DNA of 20,000 nucleotides from an uncultured virus (IMG/VR IMGVR_UViG_3300042884_001034) (taxonomy: Duplodnaviria; Heunggongvirae; Uroviricota; Caudoviricetes), in IMG/VR virus record IMGVR_UViG_3300042884_001034, positions 53,168 through 73,167 of that record, one strand, 5' to 3'. Under the pieces are notes generated by a model. It did not search any database and was not told the origin of the DNA. It saw only the letters and a program-made list of their open reading frames with translations. Positions 18,801 through 20,000 of the stretch are shown here, piece by piece; position 1 is the first letter of the stretch; the number at the start of each line of letters is the position of its first letter. The position numbers were made by a program, and so were the translations under genes.

Positions 18801-19299
18801 AATCTGCGTCTTTTTCTTCTTTTGTATAATAGTTAGCCCATTTATCTTCAAGATCTTGATTAAATTCATCTAGACTTCTATTAAAATCATTATCATAAAA
18901 TGATGAAAACTTTCCTGTTTGGGCCCAATTAGCCACACCATTAACCAATCCAGCTGTAGACTGTAAAAATGTGGTTCCTGTTAAAGCAAGTCCTTTGCCT
19001 ACACCATTAATCATTTTGTTTGTCCAAGCTTGTCCTTGGGCATATAACTCTTCATTATCAACATTCCTAAATGTTTTAGGGTATCTCTTGGAAGTTTCTT
19101 GGGTGGAATAAGCATATTTGCTTGTATCTTCCATACCGAAAGCTTCCATTCTAGCTCTCTGAAGATCTTCTAAAGGATTGTTTCTATTCTCTCCACCAGA
19201 CCCACTAGGTCCCACTCCTTGAGGAATACCCTCATCCAATCTAGCTAGACCTTCATTTTTAATATTATTTGCCCAATCTAAGAAGTTTTGATCACTCAT
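6826..19299 (-). CDS. 4157-aa giant virion protein containing a crAss-like single-chain two-barrel DNA-dependent RNA polymerase (phi14:2 gp66-like)
   Basis: Uninterrupted 12.5-kb ORF. It contains YRIPTQ (9646..9663) followed by GDSVVIP...GSDFDIDKL (DFDID 9529..9543, about aa 3253-3257), plus ETDGSG, KPIVAG, DKFALYPL, SARKVG, GKYAIGIAA and YVDISK. DFDID is the catalytic DxDxD variant of crAss-like virion RNAPs. Confidence 0.93.
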   Translation of the reverse strand: MSDQNFLDWANNIKNEGLARLDEGIPQGVGPSGSGGENRNNPLEDLQRARMEAFGMEDTSKYAYSTQETSKRYPKTFRNVDNEELYAQGQAWTNKMINGVGKGLALTGTTFLQSTAGLVNGVANWAQTGKFSSFYDNDFNRSLDEFNQDLEDKWANYYTKEEKDADWYSPKKWFTANFFWDGIIKNMGFSAGAALSGGVYASVLKALPLTSKLFAAGKSAEALVATEEALLAADKGASMFGKIKSISDKYLSTYNSLNAGGRAVVAGLATTGEAGFEAYNNSNEFRKKKIEEYKAQNFGLAPTGKDLEKINNEAENVGTSSFLLNTALLTATNYIQFPKILGASYKAEKGIVNGLTKEVADVTKDAAGNLVKAPSFFKNRVLSTLNNIRPYTFSISEAFEEGAQFAIQSGTQDYYNKKYRGASADFIDSLKEGVKQTLTTNEGMENVLIGGLSGALMMAKGKIQESREKAKDTAEFIKKANEWKFSDFTKETISAVNRGTAIQEDREKALRQGDVLESKDLEQDYIINYLTPRIKYGRMDLVRSDIEDYRKLAMTEEGFAQLKAEGKALEGDTREQYLQRIENLEQTADSIKSLYQSINLRYGNLITKDGKPVYSPETINKMIYAATKVADYDKRIPQLSGSLEAINIDVDTVINDVVAGSSDSFNAAMAEIDALGKNLLPEKVADLKTALEDVAELSARRAKFLDEYNDIKNNPEKYTEEEEEEFAPDTKIKEKQIVKIKTKDGEEDIEVGTEYYLGSVVSYSKDGKEVHNFPKLTILGENEDGTIRIKGSTGIIKNISKEELASYKLGKVSDTEKNKKAKFYMDNINTVYEHYGIKVNGQPAKGRLQYSPKEGILLFVYKDAKGKIRTKEIVGQDFKAKEGYQHGMIKAFGTLTAVQQKSEEEFAAERDARIEARRASRLEILTNLFDNLSAKLDKTNTLIAQKKEQVDRIVEEMKVLEEKISSGAITKKNNFKSSTNKAIKAANRLSRMKEDLRLEIEALEAERDEIEFNQSYVADMAQNIDEFPENSRELLEDLNEQALNLNLLQESVGKQINALSKLMDQVDGALKTAVDFALNLIKKFEAKYPNLPYTPLGLVEFLNKDLSAKGVYPDYQSYLQANPNLLSDLSEFERDIADIDELDVIPNERSLEELRKEMEGLQNQLKEVEKEIKAKELILNTFEEVAKKHKQQKEQEARLAKNEEFKQAILGTMVADQQTLQYDETYEPDAKKDDISIVTSTKVPSKSDKPHHIRANKFGNNFPTLPNKANIRGVLVTINNQVSLIPGLIDRLFGEGTPEQKAGVIALVMVNTDGELVDVNGEVIPEGVDKLDNAIYQVMPDEGLEWSAEYSKSGKPSSMFRNTTPDNVKKALIEQYKTWRDGILSTVDLVQYRIDASFGILQNEKYTDDKGVEQTNYRAKNSVEEAGLVPKGLENNNVIVLRTTEGAEENGSVTFTNAKGRPLLKTANGLVKLNNRKFNEKEASLIYNMILRLSRNVEKDGNAKSADSLVILDWLKSVVYWGVPKVVDGNRKNPGYNSIWFEKDADGILKLFLSGKGGNIPFGPLSIQENQDNLMSLIQDMYNNVNATIINKSWNEPYSEIIGVKKDGSLEIKTWPNYQSYLLSNKDADGNKRNAENIPLTTIARPLKNEEDVNREGVYFTITDNADKFVIPKTVVTTPKVLTPTAPAAPVAPTPAAKIVVDGYTFDGEAKNNITLLGKYNINFSYDAIKGVFQGELSGDGIEKAIADLNAPEEQIKDAFAGSIVKTLAPQIEEYKKKVTEQTAPVAAKIISEEAKTEVASEGMTESDLDKIRRQMMESSDEDGPVFREKIAKEIEKFEGENWQKVEKWLKENFPNVPVYRVKNVIQATNGRQAWGMFQDGAIYIYENAEVGTVYHEVFEAVWKMFSDAEEQANVLAEFKARKGSFIDRPTGKEVKYSEATNQEAKEQLAEEFRDYVMYKKIPGKPTSGRPFILKLFADLVSFIKEFFTGNKAESNTEKLFSKIGNGYYKQYSPYHSALSFAKEGVIDIEEAIANAGAEFSIIGMNGQERHDVIQNMTYLTLKNIFRDNKSFFTIPNINKTELYIKLKDQVQKDILKTVSSTKALIEKGTFTEKQGAPHIEKSLALWKAVEDNWDEFKFKHEEYLRGYSIEFDENDNATLTDENNSGKSDYQDARKIDNFKKANAAIKMLLSTVARVDRDGNMDRSTVNGAKLIPTSEVFMKVMNQVHSAKTIEEMLQGLKELGLKDNNYKTLYERLTKSAITVKGIDYSNLTEPHEAQLLASFWKTFKKMNADVKAVFILSNDDVVIGDSNLSSAARQLRSDFISQIVDAIKTKKSSYFVYDDKTRRFKGEPKSVPKTLLSASARIAFLEKLGISFTEEELKSLNSDKLKVFNTAVDGIRTSIEQAKEIATISGKVLDIEGQLLKLATIKAIITTPEFDSTYFNLNGERVQSFIGTNPGSDLYDVLSQVNNLNDVPAQYQYLLTDSFVKNSVILNKMFNLETGEKREDIENYLSIGYVDGTINEQSGKKKESSKLTYRERLIQEINLNLNGYYMNLVPGDASMEWMAYMGNHVSVKRLRATGMEDVNKIFKGYFISELLLSRDVNRNTKETKTRKSTDLRFFKPILGEKLHNDIVKETGTPEEVYKKYESKINAALKSFIGEDVNKFRNNLLSYGIINKTDLGWEVENIALSESVFENIDDLNRELTALNINFMINNIEFHKLLYSDPYQYSDELKRIKNFLSPRQRLLGSDNINSLLNNVWNKGFKKGDLGYTDFNKNYFKTTTLADIVGVIDLPGYKEYEETDGSGIISFKAYRNFRIRSGEWNENEELQYKFDIKFEEAAKSGASKEELQKLLNKNPAAKSTYTPVKPIVAGNKDNGKNYNDVMLDKFALYPLSYRVMYEINASSNALKLYDKMQEENIDYVVFKSARKVGAEKTNSVYNEDGSFNTNEFEGVFNVPFDIMSVQSEVPSKDTPLVTRGSQVTKLITMDYMEAGVPVDFEETKTFPERYKAWYALDEEGRIKESSLYKEIKNNQNLLEAIAVNGYKSLLNKLHITETADGYVIEPENIEKVAEFLRQELLKREVNDNISEAVRNYAEGSVILEATPAYQQIRNILYSIADKEVISPKISGGLKVQIPAALLESTKTELREINGKLGYTSDTLEFYKDEDGKRVCEIMVGRWFKSDLSDEELLKYLNETPEGQKILSGLAYRIPTQKQNSIDVFKIKRFLPKEFGDSVVIPSALVQKVGSDFDIDKLSIYFKNVFKNAKGNIEIVPFFGIDPNNKNKYEDIFFDILQSKIDKAEAKKISTADLQSLFSDISLGISSDKTANKWIPIFKQMFEKETEDGKLLVADIEEIFIKRLEKLGKKLSELTNWDVQQILLEEFKDKMYKESLENEYIESCEKLVSHPKNFKRLTSPNSADQLKDLSKKISDKLGVGAFNYDSTGNMLNRVFMSRLRQAFVSGKYAIGIAAVSQTNHSLNQRSPIYIDKNKLAIQDAADREWLGDAEINFEQYNSIEVDGEKVPTLSMIENAEGQDISDINGQFIDGYVDISKGPWIMELGATPNVASTWLFLAKIGVPIDTIAYFMNQPIVRDYLKSIERSGYSWLFIGDIFEDVISKYDSSITKPTKIPSKSKLWDMIGEGENLSPEQKADQRFILSEFVKYAKMANQLYLVTQGSNFDTASFNDPFLVFKKMEQLKKAKTSIVSSVDDILENSFIGNLSDLLLKLRNALSTILVSDQTNVRGVMEKVLLPYINESDRDFVKISQKAVNDLFDWAVQNDRDLNTMVQRILLEDNNVAKQMSDFIVDVKKSSKHPLKDNILINSLVPVFSQKLENGTNNLKIVGRDNKVYDQNQIIYAFEELKQYFKGIKSPLYGNLVRLAVLQSGLNRSPISFTSLIPYEDFKEIYNKTLSKLETIPNLNDFYKLGVFQRNNWNDGDVVPSRRLVKKQDQFGNWRYKNFDFFRNLSGFNKPMETGDIPQLIKFNTKSREADSDYVVFTWEVGNKYEKEAMRKKGDYSYIKKGLFKKIYNGDIPFTNEYTMNKDGQNIVITEYIYKMVNAWGDSFRAVEMYDVAKKSKIDNGFLKVEQEKEDDEILSYLDENLVSLESTTTEKTVSLKDGKTYSSEQLNTKMLVDMGYTLAEAGTIIKNNKC
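9529..9543 (-). other. RNAP catalytic Mg-binding motif DFDID
   Basis: GAC TTT GAT ATA GAT on the minus strand, about 40 codons after the RxP motif, as expected in the catalytic double-psi beta-barrel. Confidence 0.92.
13270..13780 (-). other. Zincin-like domain with non-canonical HEVFE motif at the junction between the N-terminal half and the RNAP
   Basis: AWGMFQDGAIYIYENAEVGTVYHEVFEAVW (HEVFE 13600..13614, about aa 1896-1900), then EQLAEEFRDY (starting 13461) and LFADLVSFIKEFF. This is the usual layout of phage polyvalent-protein zincins, but the second His is Glu. Confidence 0.7.
14209..14280 (-). repeat. Pro/Ala/Thr-rich low-complexity linker
   Basis: TVVTTPKVLTPTAPAAPVAPTPAA; the DNA is locally GC-rich with repeated GCTCCTG units on the coding strand. 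Confidence 0.75.
15680..16600 (-). other. Long predicted coiled-coil region of the giant protein
   Basis: E/K/L/Q-rich heptad-like stretches such as LSAKLDKTNTLIAQKKEQVDRIVEEMKVLEEKI, MKEDLRLEIEALEAERDEI and LEELRKEMEGLQNQLKEVEKEIKAKE. Confidence 0.7.
17920..19015 (-). other. Gly/Ala-rich hydrophobic helical region (candidate membrane-inserting domain)
   Basis: GVGKGLALTGTTFLQSTAGLVNGVANWA, MGFSAGAALSGGVYASVLKAL, AVVAGLATTG, FLLNTALLTATNYIQF and VLIGGLSGALMMA, plus an EAFEEGAQ motif. Confidence 0.55.
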
Positions 19300-20000
19300 T
19301 TTTTAAAGTTTAATCCACTAAGTGTTTTAATTGTTTGAAGTCTACCTGGAGTTAAGCTATTTATAAAAGACTGTGCTGCATCAGCAGATGGATATGCAAC
19401 AGGGTATATATCTCCTGGATTTTTATCAGCAATACCTCTTACATTACCTTCTCCATCTTTTATATAAAAGTAAATATTATGTTGACCAAGATCATTAACT
19501 TTTATATCTGCTCCTAAAATATCTGTTTCTTGTCTTTGATGAAAGAATGATGGTGGATAATAAGCACCTGTATATGCAACAGGGTTGTTTGGATCTCCTG
19601 TTATAGAATTTGTTGTTCTGTTGTTTTCACTCCATGCAATTTTTCTATTAACATCTGAAACAGGGGCAGGAAGATTAATAACTGCTCCTTTTATATAATT
19701 TGCTGATCTTTTATCAATAGGTAATTGTTGTACTAAAGTGTTTCCATCATAAAGGTCTAATGTAAAAGTTTCTCCATAACTTCCAGGAGTTCCTCTATCA
19801 ACACCAATAGAAACATTATACTTGTCTTTATCTTTTCCTGCTAAAAAGTTAGTAAATTTGTCAACATCTATTGTTCCTTTATAATTATCAATCACTTCAT
19901 TAAGTCGTTGATTGACAGATTTAATTTGGGGCTCCTTAGCATCCTCAGGATATAACGAAACAACTAGAGGCTCATTGCCTAACATTTTTTGTTTTAACAC
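19296..20000 (-). CDS. 3' end of an unidentified protein, probably another virion/cargo protein; start lies beyond the window
   Basis: Frame is open from the window edge to TGA at 19298..19296 (at least 234 aa). The stop overlaps the next ATG (ATGA). No recognisable motif; the 'M' in the ORF track is probably an edge artefact. Confidence 0.75.
   Translation of the reverse strand: MLKQKMLGNEPLVVSLYPEDAKEPQIKSVNQRLNEVIDNYKGTIDVDKFTNFLAGKDKDKYNVSIGVDRGTPGSYGETFTLDLYDGNTLVQQLPIDKRSANYIKGAVINLPAPVSDVNRKIAWSENNRTTNSITGDPNNPVAYTGAYYPPSFFHQRQETDILGADIKVNDLGQHNIYFYIKDGEGNVRGIADKNPGDIYPVAYPSADAAQSFINSLTPGRLQTIKTLSGLNFKK

Noticed and set aside
722..18829. The many 60-150 aa plus-strand ORFs in the ORF track
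   Set aside because: All lie antisense within the two giant genes, mostly use non-ATG starts, and have the S/F/L/I-rich composition expected from the reverse complement of K/E-rich codons. They are shadow ORFs.
18687..18869. 60-aa minus-strand ORF in an alternative frame
   Set aside because: Short, fully nested in the 4157-aa gene, and without a motif or initiation signal.
370..20000. Stop-codon reassignment (TAG or TGA), known in some crAss-like phages
   Set aside because: The genes are intact under the standard code for over 19 kb with no in-frame TAG/TGA, and TGA at 19298..19296 overlaps a plausible ATG. Nothing here requires recoding.

Overview
AT-rich, densely coding phage DNA with all real genes on the minus strand. 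It is best read as the virion-cargo (ejected protein) module of a crAss-like (Crassvirales-type) phage of a Bacteroidota host. In transcription order it holds four genes. (1) The 3' end of an unidentified gene (19296..>20000). (2) A 4157-aa giant protein whose C-terminal half is a crAss-type single-chain two-barrel virion RNA polymerase (YRIPTQ...GSDFDIDK), preceded by Gly/Ala-rich hydrophobic helices, long coiled coils, a Pro/Ala hinge and a non-canonical zincin-like domain (HEVFE). (3) A 2150-aa multidomain protein with an EVQSD-motif domain, a degenerate zincin-like domain (EEMVH), an apparently intact PD-(D/E)xK nuclease domain and a C-terminal hydrophobic segment. (4) After a 103-bp gap with a Bacteroidota-type TAnnTTTG promoter, the start of a probable structural gene (<1..266) missed by the ORF track. 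No RNA genes, CRISPR arrays, mobile elements or recoded stop codons are evident. All family assignments come from motif recognition by eye, not from database searches.
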